Notes: generated by a model not told the origin, from the sequence alone. A DNA stretch of 63,615 bases, filler included, from Reticulomyxa filosa (GCA_000512085.1; 19 parts of 19 records of this genome joined end to end with filler, not necessarily neighbours in it), one strand, 5' to 3'; shown: positions 1 through 12,711, numbered from the whole stretch's first letter. Numbers and translations: made by a program.

Positions 1-33
<33 letters not shown>

Positions 34-40
34 TAATAAT
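1..40 (+). repeat. (AAT)n microsatellite read as poly-Asn
   Basis: (AAT)10-GAT-AAT-AAT-ACT from position 2 is open and in frame with the ATG at 44. Confidence 0.85.
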
Positions 41-1552
41 ACTATGATCACCACCTCCCCATTGAGTAACGTCTCACCAATAAATAGAAGTGAAATGACC
101 TCTCCACACAATCAGTCAAGTCAGCTGCATCCCAGCGTGTCCAATGAAATCGGAGTGGAAATGGGGTACTCGCAAATGTCGCAACTGTCGACGACGCTGA
201 CGTTTATTCGCGAGGACCCGAGAGGGGACTCCCCGCCCATGTTTGAGTTTTCTGACGCCGACTTCACGCAGATCTTTCCACTGTGGCATTTGCTGGCGCG
301 GTCCATGGAGTCGATAAAAACTCGCGTCGACCATGCCTTGGCTTTGTGTGCACACTTGAAGGCGCAATTGCTCGAGCATAAAAATGTATTCACCACGGCT
401 ATGGGCCCCGGCTCTTGTCTCCCACACTTGCTTTGGTTTCAAGTGCTGCCCATCTCCAACGAGTTCGATCTGGCGTCCTTTGGCTTGGACCACAACTCAT
501 TCCAACAGTATTTGATGACGTGGTGCACCAATGAAATGAAGCTGCTGAACATGTCGTGGAAAATATATCAAGATCATGTGTGCTTTTACTTTGATCCTTT
601 GCAGTATGCACATGTCAAAGCGATTAAAATGGATTTGATTGCTCAGTTTGTGCAAAAAATTGTGGTACAGATGAATGTGTTGCGCGAATGCTTTCTCTTG
701 AGAAGAGTATTTCAAGAGTCACTTGCGACTCACTCTGAACTCCAATGGGTTGATCCCGTTCATGTCAATGGCTTTGTCGGACTTGGCGCCTTTCGATTTG
801 TTCCGCCCTACTTTTCTGATCCTTCCACTTCAAGTGTTCGTGTGCTGAACACTCAATTGAAAGATGACTTGGTCAAGTGTAGCACCACGCCAAACATGTA
901 TCTCTTTGCTACTGACATGCACGAATATCCGGTCATTTGTGTCAATCCGAACACTCGCATTTTCGAAGACAAAAGTGTGGCTCTCATCTTTGATGAAATT
1001 GTCGGTGCCGTCAAAAATTTGAAGTTTCCCGAGGAGGCGTTGGCCGAAATGGGGCAAGCCATCAAGATGGGCATCGAGTCTGTTCAGAGCCAGGTCAAGG
1101 AAGAAAGTGCTGTGGATTTTAATCCGGACACTCTCATTCGCAAAATTCCGCTTTTTGGAAGCATTTACGGCTGGATTTTGCCTTCTCAAAAAAGCACGGA
1201 ACATGGAGCCACTGGGCTCTCTTTTGATATGATTTCTCGAGATATTAAGCGGACTGAGTTTGTTCACAATACTCAAAATACTCACTCACATTATCATGAA
1301 GGGTACGGCGAGTATGATGGCGTAAATGACAATGATAACAGTGACGACTACAATGGACATTATAATGATAACGATAATGCTGATGAAAATGTACCCGAAA
1401 ATGACAAAATTGAAGAAGTTGACACCTCTTCTACTCTTGCCAATGCTGCTGTTAGTGCATCCACTCCTGTCGATACCACAAAATCCTCTTCTGATAAACG
1501 TAATACTACAAATGCACCCGCACCAACGCAAGTATCAGAAAATGTGCAATAA
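2..1552 (+). CDS. PDXDC1-like PLP-dependent decarboxylase-domain protein, C-terminal part (probably 5'-truncated)
   Basis: FPLWHLL...IKTRVDHALAL, GLGAFRFVP, LNTQL and LIRKIPLFGSIYGWILP resemble the PDXDC1 C-terminal motifs (e.g. LRQIPVVGSVLNWFSP). The frame is open to the window start. Confidence 0.7.
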
Positions 1553-2367
1553 ACTCTAGATCATTCATGAAAATGTTTGTCTGTTTTTCTTTCACTTGGG
1601 CCAAACACTTAATACTTTTATTGCAATTTAACCAAAAATTATTGTATTAAAAGAAATTCCCCATTTGCACAAAAATATTTTTTGCTGGCGCCTGACTGTA
1701 TGGCAAAATTTTCCACCAATTTAAATTCAATTGAAAACATTTGGTGGATAAGGAAAACAAAAATTCACAAATTAGAAAATAAACAATAACAATTGAAAAA
1801 TTACAATCATAATCGGTTCAATGCTGTTTATAATTTTCTTATTATAATGATTGCAATATATTTTTTTTACCAATTTAAATGTATTTTTTATTTGTAAGTT
1901 CGTTGACCTGATTCCTTGCATGTTGACATTTGTGTAACAAGATGTTATGTTTGTTTTTTCTGTTAATACGCCAATAAAACTAAAAATGTAAGCTACATTG
2001 GTATGAAAGTAATATTGAAACAAATAAACAAACTAAGAATAAGCCAAAGTGACTTTGAGATTGCAAATTTTATATGTCAAGATTATAAGTTAGAGGAATT
2101 AAGATGATCAAAAATTTGTTGAATTTTGAAAACACTATGTTAGAACAGCATTAATATAACAGTGTGAACGAGCTGGAGGAAAGAAACAAAACAATTTGCT
2201 AAGGAATTCCATCAAAACCAATTTGGAAAAGGAGAATATGATCTCCAAAAATATGTGGCTGTTTTTGATGCACATTCTTTCCAAATCTCTTTGGCATTAT
2301 CATCTATTTCCAAGTTTGAACACGATTTTTTTGTTCCTTTCCCTCTTTCTTTCCAACAAAAAAAAAG

Positions 2368-3963
2368 CTAACAATTTTTGTAATGGTGCATCATTAGCTC
2401 TTGGCATAATTTTTTAATTTTATGTTGGTGATGCTTTTCTGCAAACTCTTGCTCTCTCTCCAATTGTTCATAACACTCAGACAATAGCTCCTTTTTTTTA
2501 TTTATTTGTATATCTTGCCAAGAGAGGGGGAAGGGGAGACATAAATAAACAATGAAAATAAACTGTGTTTTTTTTGGCCAATTTGGAAAGATCAACTAAA
2601 TGGTCGGTTTCAATAGCTAAAGTTTGAATATCATCTTTTTCTGACTCTTTATCATTGTTTTGATGGATTTTTTCTTTCAATGTTTCCAAACTCTCAAACA
2701 TTTTTGCCCAAAGTTGTGTTAAATTGGTTGTAATTTTGTAAAACATGTTATTCGAATTTGTCTTTTTTTTTTTTTTGGTGTCCCCCCCAAAAAAATCGAC
2801 ATTTACATTTGTGGGTGCAAGGAGGGGACAAGAAACAGTATTTTTTTAAAAACGAAACAAGATGATCAGGATCCACTCCAGGAATCATATCAAAAAAATC
2901 CATTTGAGGCCAACGGGGGGCATCCAGAGTAGAATGGTATCGTGTGTATGGTATGGATATGTTGCTGCTGCTCTTACTTTGCAATCGATTTGTAGCCCTC
3001 ATCATTATCCTTTCTCTTTCACTCTTGAATCTGTTTTTTCCCTCAACCTTGTTTTTCAATTCAACAAAACAAAAGCCAAAAAGAAAATGTACGTATTTTA
3101 AAAAAACTCTTGGTACTTTTTTTCTTTGCCTTTCACTTTTTTTTAAAAACCTCATCGTCCATTGCTGAATGACACAATCTAATAGATTGTTTCAATCTTT
3201 CGATTTGGCGGCGTAATTGCGTGTTTTCGATTTGCATGTTCGAAAAACATTTGGACTGTGCTATCAATTTGACGCACTCGTCTTGCAGCTCTTGCATGCG
3301 GCTATTGGCTGTAATCATCTCTTCTTTCAGTTTCTCATGCGCTTTTGATACCTCTTCATGCATCTTTTTTTTTTTAATCATTGTGATTTAAAAAAAAGTT
3401 ATGTCAGTTTGCAACATTTTTTTCAAATTTTTATTTTTTTTATGACTGATTACAGTTTTTGTATGCGTAGGTGGTGGTATGCGTGGGTTGCAAAAAAGAG
3501 GAAAAAACTTAACGGTCAACAGTTCGTCGTGCTTTTGATACCATGAGAATTGCTCTCCTCTGCTACTGTTTTTTCGGCTTTGACTTTTGTCTTCTGATCG
3601 TGATCCTAGTGTGATTTGCTGATTGTGCCAGTCTTTGGCTCCATTTGTGTAAGGTATGTCTCCGTCAGAGGTTTCAATCATTTGCAATCGCTGTTGGAAC
3701 GTTTCCAATTCTGCAATTAGCTGTTTTTCTCTTTCTTTGTACTGTGATATTTGCATTTCCGCTGTCATTCCTCCAATTTCCAAGACTTCCACTCGACTCT
3801 GTAGCACTGTGTTTTTCGCCTCCAAGTCTGCAATTTTTGTTAATAACGTCGCTGTTTTTTGCTTTGTTTTCTCCAAAGCTGTTTTCAAAGTTGTCAGTGT
3901 TCTTCCTAGTGTTGAATCCTCATGGTCAGTATCTACTGCTTCTTCTGTTGTGAATTGATCCAT
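2368..3963 (-). CDS. Multi-exon coiled-coil protein of unknown function
   Basis: Heptad-rich ORF pieces (3388-3963, 3133-3381, 2498-2746, 2368-2595) are separated by homopolymer-rich segments. GT-AG intron 2491-2563 joins ...KKNT|ELLSEC in frame. Confidence 0.6.
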
Positions 3964-4280
3964 TTTTTTCTTTTTGTTTGATTTCTACTTAAAAAAATTC
4001 GAGGGGACTGCGTTTTTTTTAAGCTTTTGAATGCGCACTTTCTAAAAAAACAATCGAGAGGTTGTATAATAAGAAGTTGTGAGTTTTGTTATGTTTCAAG
4101 CGTATTCACAAACACTTCCCAAAAATCAGTCACGCAAAGTCTACCACAACAGCCAATTCGCCCAGAACTGGGGTCCGTCTTGACAAGATAAAACAAGAAA
4201 TTGGCACACATCAAAAACTCTCAATTTATTTAGTCACAGCTATTGTTACTATTGTGTTTTTCCTCTAGTCTCTGGTTGCC

Positions 4281-5127
4281 TCATTTCCAGGTCAGATTGC
4301 TGAATGGATCATTGGCACCAGACCTTTGATAAGTTGCTGGAACAGGGCCAGTGGTGGTTCTAGCACTGGAAGTGATTTGACTGCCCCCTAAGCCGTGGAA
4401 AGGATCGTTGGAGGCTGTATACATCGAACTTGTGTTCGTTGTGTTCCCGAACAAAGAATTCGCTTGATTTTGGTAAGTGTTACCTTGATGGAGATTGCCT
4501 TGATGGGGGTTGCCTTGATAAGGATTACTTTGAAAAGGATTACTTTGATAAGGATTACTTTGATAAGGATTACCTTGATAGGGATTGCTTACTGCTACGT
4601 TTTTATATTGATCGTGTTCAAACAGTGTAAATGCAATAAAATACATAAATAAAAAATAGAAATAATACGAAAAATAAAAAAAACTGTGTTGTTTCGCTCA
4701 CTTGCAGTTGTTGGTTGATTATATGAATTGGAAGAGAAGAAGGGATCATTAAAAGCAGATGATTGCTGGGTCGTTGTTGTCGTTGTTGTCGTTGTTGTCG
4801 CAGGGGTGGGTTGCCCGCTCAAACCAGCATTGATAGTTTGTAAGAAGTTATCATCGAATGTGCCTTTTTTTTATCAATCCAAACAATACAATGCAATACA
4901 ATACAAAGCACGACATTGTACACACAAACAAATCAAACAAACCTAAATCGTTTTGTTTGGATTGCATTTGAGACATTGTCTGTCCTTTTTTATTGACTTT
5001 CTTCTGTGGTTTTTCAACAGATTGCAAGGGATTGTCGAGTTGGGTAATTTGTAACATCCACGTATCAGTCTTGAGCGACAAATACACGGCATTCACATCA
5101 CAAGCAAAACACGTGTGTTTTTATACA

Positions 5128-5165
<38 letters not shown>

Positions 5166-7062
5166 GTGCATATATGTGTATATCCTAATTTGACAAATTT
5201 CATAAATTATATAATTATATATTTATATGTATATAATTATTTGAATGAATACAAATTTGTTACATTGTCCACATTCTCTTCTTTTTTGGTATCTTTTTGC
5301 AGCTCATTTTTGTCAAAGAAGTCATTGTCATCAGACGCTCCAAATTCAAATTGTCCTCCATCTTCACCGAGCCCACCATTTTCAAATTGTTTGTTGTCGA
5401 CAGCAAATTCGTCCAACCAGTCGTCTTTAACAACCACACGCACACACAACCGATCAGCATTTGCGATCCATGTCGCATCGTTGGGTGCAAGTACTTGCAA
5501 CCAACGATCAAAACAACAATAATAATACAACAAAACATATAGCAAAATATTCAATAGACATCAAGTGTACCAACCATTCGGAACGTGTGAAGTAACAACA
5601 AAGTCTCCCAAAAAGTCTTCCGTAGGCGCTTGTATTTTTGGTTTCACCTCTTTTTCCTTTTCCTTTTCCTTTTCCTCCTTCTCTTTTTCTTTGTCGTGTT
5701 CTTCTGATTGTCTCTTTCTGTAAGTTGTTATTGTTTTTACATAGTTTATCGCTTCGCATAAACATATATATATAAATATGTACATACATAATATGTATAT
5801 GCATTATATGTTATTATATTTTATACACTTATTTATGTAGTTTCATACTACATAAAATAATAACATGTGACCTGTTTTTTTTTTTTTTGCTTTAAGTATG
5901 TGAATCCGAAACTTTTGTTTTTTGGCGATTGAGGGTTTAATGTTGGAATCATCCGAGGTCTTGCTGTGTTCTTTTTCCTCTTTTTTTGTCGTCGGTGTTA
6001 TATCCACTGAGCTCACCATTTTCTTGGGTTTCCTGTGTTTGTGTTGTTATCCCCCTTCGATTACTTTTCGGTCGCACACTACCCGACCAACCTGGATATG
6101 CATTTGCATGTATACCATGCAAACACCATTCCGGTCATTGCAAACTTAACTTTGATAAGCTGTTGTGTACCACATTTTCCAGACAATTTGCATTGTATTT
6201 GTTTTGCAACCCAATTGGCCCACCAAGAAATACATGCATACATGTATATATATTTATATACATATATGTGTATATTATTTACTTTTTTTATTGACCTTGA
6301 ACAACATGTAACATAATATAAGTATAAAGATATAAACATATGTATATATAATAATTAACCCTTGTGCTTGAGTGCGTACGTTTTCCAACTCTTCGTCATC
6401 TTCTAACAACTGAACAATACGTGTTGCTCGTTGTCGCACTGTCAGTCAATTTTGTTTGAGTTTTGATTAGTTAACTGACTACTCTTAATAAAGTATGCCC
6501 TTTTTACTAAAAAAAAAAAAAAAAAACACAAAAGTAAAATCAAAATTGCAAACCATTTCCGCCATAATCACGGTCGTTCAACATATACTTGTATTTTTTC
6601 AATTCTCGGAAATGTTTGACATGCGCCTTGCAAGAGCGAACAAATCGAGAATCAGAATATTTTAGTAAGTATTCCACTGTGATCAGACCCTTTTTTTTTA
6701 AAAAAAAAAACGTATACAAATATTCCACCAGCAGTCATACCCCCCAAAAAAAAATAATTTTTTTTTTAACTTTTTCAGTGTGACGCAGGTATCTATAATC
6801 AGTGACACGCTTCATGAGCATCACGTAAGTTTGTTTATAATTCTCGGGCTCAGATCCAATTAAGTAAACCAAACGCTGTAATTTATCTGTGGTCGGTCGT
6901 TCGTCGTCATTCGATGTTAACTCACGCACTAAGCGCTCTCCTTCTGAATATTCGTTCCATTCATTTTTGCTTTATTCATTGAAATAACATATGTGCGTGC
7001 AAATGTACACAAAACAAGTGTGTTTCTTGTGACTGTTTTTTCAAACAACAGAAAAGCGTCAT
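4281..7062 (-). CDS. ENTH-domain (epsin-like) endocytic adaptor, multi-exon
   Basis: Spliced N-terminus YSEGERLVRELTSNDD...GLITVEYLLKY...DRDYGGN...VRQRATRIVQLLEDDEELENVRTQA is an ENTH domain. The low-complexity tail has DPF/NPF motifs and ends NDPFSNLTWK*. The start at 7062 (MTLFCC) is inferred. Confidence 0.8.
4478..4590 (-). repeat. 15-bp coding tandem repeat encoding (S/G)NPYQ-like pentapeptides
   Basis: Repeated GATAAGGATTACTTT-type units on the + strand translate on the - strand to SNPYQGNPYQSNPYQSNPFQSNPYQGNPHQGNLHQ. Confidence 0.9.
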
Positions 7063-7687
7063 ATATTCCACGCACACAAAAAAACAACAAAGAAGCTCTG
7101 CATACAAGGCCCTTAAAGCAGATTTCATCGTAGTTTTGTTGTTGGTTTAATGTGATCTTCTTTGATTTTGTCGAATCAAAAGGGAGCTTGTCAACAAAAA
7201 AGAAAGAAAAAATTTTATCTCCGGCTTGACTTGGGCGCGACAAAATTTCTTGTAAATTAGTTCAAAACCAATTGATTGTTTTATAACGATAAATTTATCG
7301 GTTTAGATTATATTAAAAAAGAACTTTTGAGTTAGTATCTTAGCCCAATTATTACAAATTACAAAATTGAATTATGTAAATCCGTTACTTTCATCAAAAT
7401 TGCATTACACTTTGAAAGTTACAAATCTCAATGTTTGCACAATTCGCAAAGGAAGAAATGTAAACAATAATCCAGCTGGGGCAAAGACGACAAATGTTTG
7501 ATTCCACACAAACAATAAAAAGTAAATTTGCTTGAACAGTGTTCACAGTTTCTTTTTTTTGAAGATGTTTTTTTTAAAAGGATAACCAACAATAACAACA
7601 TTATTTTGTGATAGGACCCATATATTGTTTTTGTTGTGCATCTTGTTTTCATTTGTAATCTTATTGTCTTTTTTTAAAAAATAAGGT

Positions 7688-8304
7688 ATGGAACTGCCAA
7701 AAAAAACTGGAGTCAGCAACAGCAAAAATGAAGAAAAGATGTTGGAGTTTGAGCAAATATCGAGAATACCGGCCTTGAAAAGTAACGAAGCGCATAAGCA
7801 ATTACGAGCAGGATCCAACAGAGATTTTGACAATGGCTACACGATCAATACGGTGTTGTCATTGCAAGTGCACATTGACACGAAGCAATATCACCGGATT
7901 CCATTGAAACCAGACACGACAGTGATGGACATCATTGACCTTGTGAGCAAGCGTCGAAAGTTTGCCAAAAGCGAGATAACGGTGTGTGTTGACAATCAGA
8001 AGCAAGAGCCACATGTGAATTTATACCGACTCACCGCAGGTGGTCATAAATTGGTGTCAATTGTTGTTATGTGTGCCACAGATAGTCATTCCGAAGGTCC
8101 TCCATTTTCCTTTCTTTTTTTTTTTTAAAAAAAAAAAAGACATATACATATATGTATATATATATTACATGCTTATGAACTACCTTGCATGTTGATAAAC
8201 CTTCTATAGTGTCTATCGATCATCCAAATTCCAAAGATGAAATCAACATTGGCATATCAAGAGCGATTACAATACGTCAAGCCCAAAAGGAATCAGACAG
8301 TTAA
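7688..8304 (+). CDS. Hypothetical protein with a possible ubiquitin-like/RA-fold segment
   Basis: LQVHIDTKQYHRIPLKPDTTVMDIIDLVSKR has a beta-grasp-like pattern. A GT-AG intron at about 8097-8208 continues the frame to a stop at 8304. Confidence 0.45.
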
Positions 8305-8337
8305 GCCAATTTTTACAAGCCAAAAAAAAAAACTTTA

Positions 8338-8437
8338 NNNNNNNNNNNNNNNNNNNNNNNNNNNNNNNNNNNNNNNNNNNNTTAATTAATTAANNNNNNN
8401 NNNNNNNNNNNNNNNNNNNNNNNNNNNNNNNNNNNNN
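8338..8437. other. Artificial contig linker (44 N + TTAATTAATTAA + 44 N), first of 18
   Basis: The same 100-nt spacer with six-frame stops also starts at 11044, 17156, 19268, 21458, 23336, 24639, 25957, 27553, 33723, 35697, 37275, 45844, 47089, 50925, 53540, 57651 and 60934. Confidence 0.98.
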
Positions 8438-8790
8438 ATTGATATTGCCATTGATATTGCCATTGATATTGATATTGGTACTTGTATGTGTACTCGTGGT
8501 TGTGACCAAAGTGGAAGTCGGGCTTGTAGTTGTGATTGCCAAGGATGAATTGGCACTGTTGCTGCTACCTCCCGGCTTCATCATTGCTTTCGATTCCATC
8601 CCAAACAAATTACAATTGGAGGCTTCTCTGCCAATGCTATAGTGCCGCTTTTGCTCAAGTAATAATGAACCCAATGTCTCGCTTATGGTACTATTCATAC
8701 AAGGGTCATTCCAATGAGAAATTTCTTTCCAATTCTTGTCCAAGTGATCTCCACTCTCCAATGGCTCAGTCGTTCGATTTGAATGAGGCA
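8438..8790 (-). CDS. Exon of a low-complexity Ser/Thr/Asn-rich protein, truncated by the contig end
   Basis: Open frame running into the linker, with no recognisable domain. Confidence 0.35.
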
Positions 8791-9646
8791 GAATCTAGTT
8801 CATTTTTATTTGTTGTTATTATTATTATTATTATTATTATTCTTGCTTGTTGACTTTTATGTCAAACTTGTTTTTTTTTTCTCTTCGATAAAAACAAACA
8901 AACGAAAAGGTAATAACATTTGCTATGAAGAAACCCACTGTTTGCAATTATGAAACACAAAAATTATTGGAAGAGGAAATATTATACTATCTTGTAGCTT
9001 CCAAAAACAAACAAAACTTTTGCTTTTTTTTCGTCACTACTTTCTTTGGTGGACAAAAAAAAATGCCACTTCAAGTTTTTTGTATTAAAAAACCATTTAC
9101 CGGTTGCCCTGTCCAAAAGAAAGAAATTCAAAAAAACAATATCTTGTCTTGTCTTTCTAACACTGTTTGGATCTTACCATGCGTCGTTGGTGCTCGTAAG
9201 TTGCTGTAACTTTTTTAGTTTTGGGGTAACGTAAGCAAACTGCTAGTTTATGGGATTTTGTGATTTCTTTGTTGAGCAAAAATATTACGTTGCAAAACGC
9301 AATTAAACTATACCATGCATGAAGTGTGCAGAGGCAGCACTAAATATAATACAAAATTATTACTGAATAAATGTCAGAAAAGAAACAAAAGTATTGAAAT
9401 GATAAAGAAATGACCAACACAGACGAAACCAAAAAAAAACAGAAAAGTAAAGAAGATTGTTTTTTTGAAGGAAAAAGGTTCCCTGGAACTTTTTCTGAAT
9501 TAGTAGGACCTTGTACTACAATCATAACAATTAACAAAACGTACTGTATGTTTCACAAAATTTGGGGGTTTTTTCTTTTTTTTGAATTCAGAGTTGGTTG
9601 ATTCACTGGAATTTTTCCATTCAAAAATCTGAAATAATATATAAAA

Positions 9647-9922
9647 ATGTCATCCGACAAATTGCTCCAGGTGAATGAAGAGATTGACAAGACAAAAGAA
9701 ACAGTAAAAAGTGCAATTGGTGCGGCGATCGACCGACAGACGAAACTAGAAGATCTAGAAGACAAATCGAGAAACTTGAATGACGATTCTGTTAAATTTA
9801 GACAACAAGCCAAAAAAGTAAGATGGCATTTTTGTAAAGAAAAGTGGAAAATGATAGCATTAATTCTTTTTGTTTTGGCAATTCTCATTTTAATTATTGT
9901 TCTTGTGACAACCAAAAAATAG
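9647..9922 (+). CDS. Synaptobrevin/VAMP-family R-SNARE (91 aa, no longin domain)
   Basis: SNARE motif with zero-layer Arg (AIDRQTKLEDLEDKSRNLNDDSVKFRQQAKKVR) followed by a C-terminal TM helix. Confidence 0.92.
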   Translation: MSSDKLLQVNEEIDKTKETVKSAIGAAIDRQTKLEDLEDKSRNLNDDSVKFRQQAKKVRWHFCKEKWKMIALILFVLAILILIIVLVTTKK

Positions 9923-10312
9923 ATATTTGCACTTTTTTGTTTGTTGGAGTACTGTGTCGTGTGCATTCCAACTGGGGTGACAATAATTTATTGCTATGTA
10001 AGCTTTTTTAAATAATTCCAATTGAGCCACGTGTTTGACTTTCTCTTTTTTTCCGCTCTTCTGTGTCTTGAGCGATAACTTGTATCTTTTGCATACCTGA
10101 AAAATTTCAGTTCTGAAAGTAAAAAATACCATTATTATTGATACACTGGCCAGTTATACCCAACTAAATAAAGGGAAATAAAAAAGTATGTATTGTTTCA
10201 ATAATATCGACAAGAAGCCTATACTACCTTACGCATTATACAACCAGGACCACTTTGACAAAAAAAAAAGGTTAGTGTACATACTTTTTTTTGGCCTCAA
10301 AAACTCTGAAAA

Positions 10313-11043
10313 ATGGGACAGGTCTTTTCTTGGTGTCCAATGATCTGGTCAACTGCTGCTAATACAGCAGTAAGGAATAATACAGAATTAGAAAATGATG
10401 ATAATAAAGACGAACTAGAGGTGAAAGAAGAGGAAGAAGAGAGCAAAAAAGAGAGCGAAAAAGAGAACAAAGAAGAAAACGAAAAAAGAGAGCACCAATT
10501 GAAGAGCTCGGATTTGATTCTCTTTCCATACCGAAAACTCAGTAACTATTGGGAGTGGACAAGAGTTCACAGTATAACATTGGAAGAAGCTCTGCGATAT
10601 CACGAGCCAAACCTGCATCTCGTGGACATAGTCCGTGTGATAATGAGTTTTATTCCGCAATTTGAAGGCGATGCGCAAATATGTTATTTCAGATGCGTGC
10701 GCACGGATAGAATCATGCCATTGCTTTCGAGCCACAATGACAATCGCTATCCGTTATATAAAATTGGTGTCATTGGGGACGCAAAAGTGGGAAAAAGTGC
10801 AATAATAAAAAGTCTGACTAATGGATTATGGAGTTACCCCGAAAAAAGAAGTTTAAAGTATGCATTTGTGCACAAAAAGAGGGTATTGATCGAATTACAG
10901 GAGGCTTTTGTACAAAAGCCTGCCGACGAAAAGGGGGATGATAAGGAGGACGGTAAGACTATTCGCGACGATAAGATTGTTGATCATCCTGATAATGATA
11001 ACAATAACAATGATAATGATAACAATGATAATGATAACAATGA
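10313..11043 (+). CDS. Divergent Ras-superfamily-like protein with N-terminal extension, 3'-truncated
   Basis: MGQVFS start, acidic linker, then YKIGVIGDAKVGKSAIIKSL (beta1 + P-loop). No DxxG at the expected position. Runs into a poly-N/D tract and the linker. Confidence 0.65.
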
Positions 11044-11143
11044 NNNNNNNNNNNNNNNNNNNNNNNNNNNNNNNNNNNNNNNNNNNNTTAATTAATTAAN
11101 NNNNNNNNNNNNNNNNNNNNNNNNNNNNNNNNNNNNNNNNNNN

Positions 11144-12711
11144 GTATATCCATTACCACCAATTACACCAATACTATTGCTTTTGCTATTATCATTACAA
11201 CTGCCGTTATTACTTTGCGGTGGTGAAATGTCAACACAATTAACACAACTCTTGTGTCCATAGAAGACGTGTAATAATTTGGATGTTTCGACATCCCATA
11301 AACAAGCAGTGCTATCCCATGATCCAGAACATAAATATCTGCCACCATTAAATGATGAAAATTCAATACCATAAACACCAGTGGGTCTACTTAATACTTG
11401 TAATTGTCGATTATCTTTGATATCCCAAAAGCGAATAGTTTGGTTACTCGATGAAGAACAAATGACATTACGGCGATGCTTACGATGATAATATGATGAA
11501 AATTTCACACAGTGTATTTCATTTGGATGTCCATTTAATAATTGAATTGGTTTGCTGTTGTTAGTATCCCAAACACAAACTGTTCCATCATGTGATCCAG
11601 AACAAATGAATTGATTACCGTCAAATGTTGAATAGTCAATACTCGAGACAGTGCCGGCATGTCCACTCAAAGTTTTAAGTAATTTACATGATGCGCGAAA
11701 AACTTCAAAATCTGTCGTAGATGTTAAAGGTGACAAAATAGCGGACAAAGTAGTATCACTATTGCTTGTTTCTTTTTCTTCTTCAATTTTTTTTTTCCTT
11801 GATCATTTAATGTCGCAACTAACCTTTGATAATCATCTGTTAATTTCGTATTTCTTTCTTCTAATAATTTAATCGTTGTTTCATATCGAAGCAATAATTG
11901 TTTTTGTTGGTTATTGAACTCTTTTTTGACAGTTTCAATATCGGAATGATATTTAATCACTTCTTGTCGAAGATTTTCAATTTTTTGTTTTGAATCCCTT
12001 TTTAGTTTCTCCATTTCCAATATTAACTTATTTGAATTATCCTTTGGGGGTTTGTGTTTGCACTTTTTTTGTATATAACATAGCAATAAAGCAAAAAAAA
12101 AAAAAACAAACTTGATGCAATTGGATAGTTTGTCTCATAGATTGGAGTAATCGCATAACCATATCAAAATGAGACTTCATATCCAAAATCAAGTGATCTT
12201 TTAGATTTTGTCTGTTACACTTGTGATCACATCCAAAAGGTTTAAACCAACAATCAACCAAAACCAAAGGACAACCATTTTTTAAATGGTTTTGTACATC
12301 TTTTAGTTTTTCCTTAGAATTACATTTAATTTCTCCAGTCAATTTTTTAATATCTTGCTCGAATTGTCCCGGACACATAATTGTTAAATCACCAGTTAAT
12401 TTTTGTATTAATTTAGTTTTGGAATATTGGCAATTGTCATGTTTCTCAACTGGGCATAAGTTATTGTTGTTTTTTAGAAAATCTTTCAAACATTTCTCGC
12501 CAATAATTAATACATCATCCGTACTTTCGTGCTGGGGGCAATTTAATTCCATTGGATTGTTTGCAATTTGTTGGCAAACGTGACAAATAAAATTTTGGAT
12601 GTCTTCATGCTTGTTTGTTCGCAAAATCCAGTCCTTGTTGTAACATGGTTGGACCGGCAAAGTTGGAGTCAATATGGTTTGCTTTTCGTTAGATGTCTTT
12701 TCTTCCTGCAT
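11144..12711 (-). CDS. Degenerate RING + TRAF-type zinc finger + coiled coil + WD40 repeat protein, 3'-truncated
   Basis: FICHVCQQIANNPMELNCPQH...CPVEKH, then CPLVLVDCWFKPFGCDHKC...HL, intron 12042-12111, a coiled coil, and WD40 repeats (GH...SGSHDGTVCVWD). A frameshift lies in the homopolymer near 11790. Confidence 0.85.

Noticed and set aside
8382-8393. Recurring TTAATTAATTAA as a biological repeat or CRISPR-like array
   Set aside because: Always centred in fixed N-runs, so it is an assembly linker. ORFs ending in X...LIN are artefacts.
11780-11800. Programmed frameshifting in the TRAF-WD40 gene
   Set aside because: It falls in a long homopolymer. A sequencing error or pseudogenisation is simpler.
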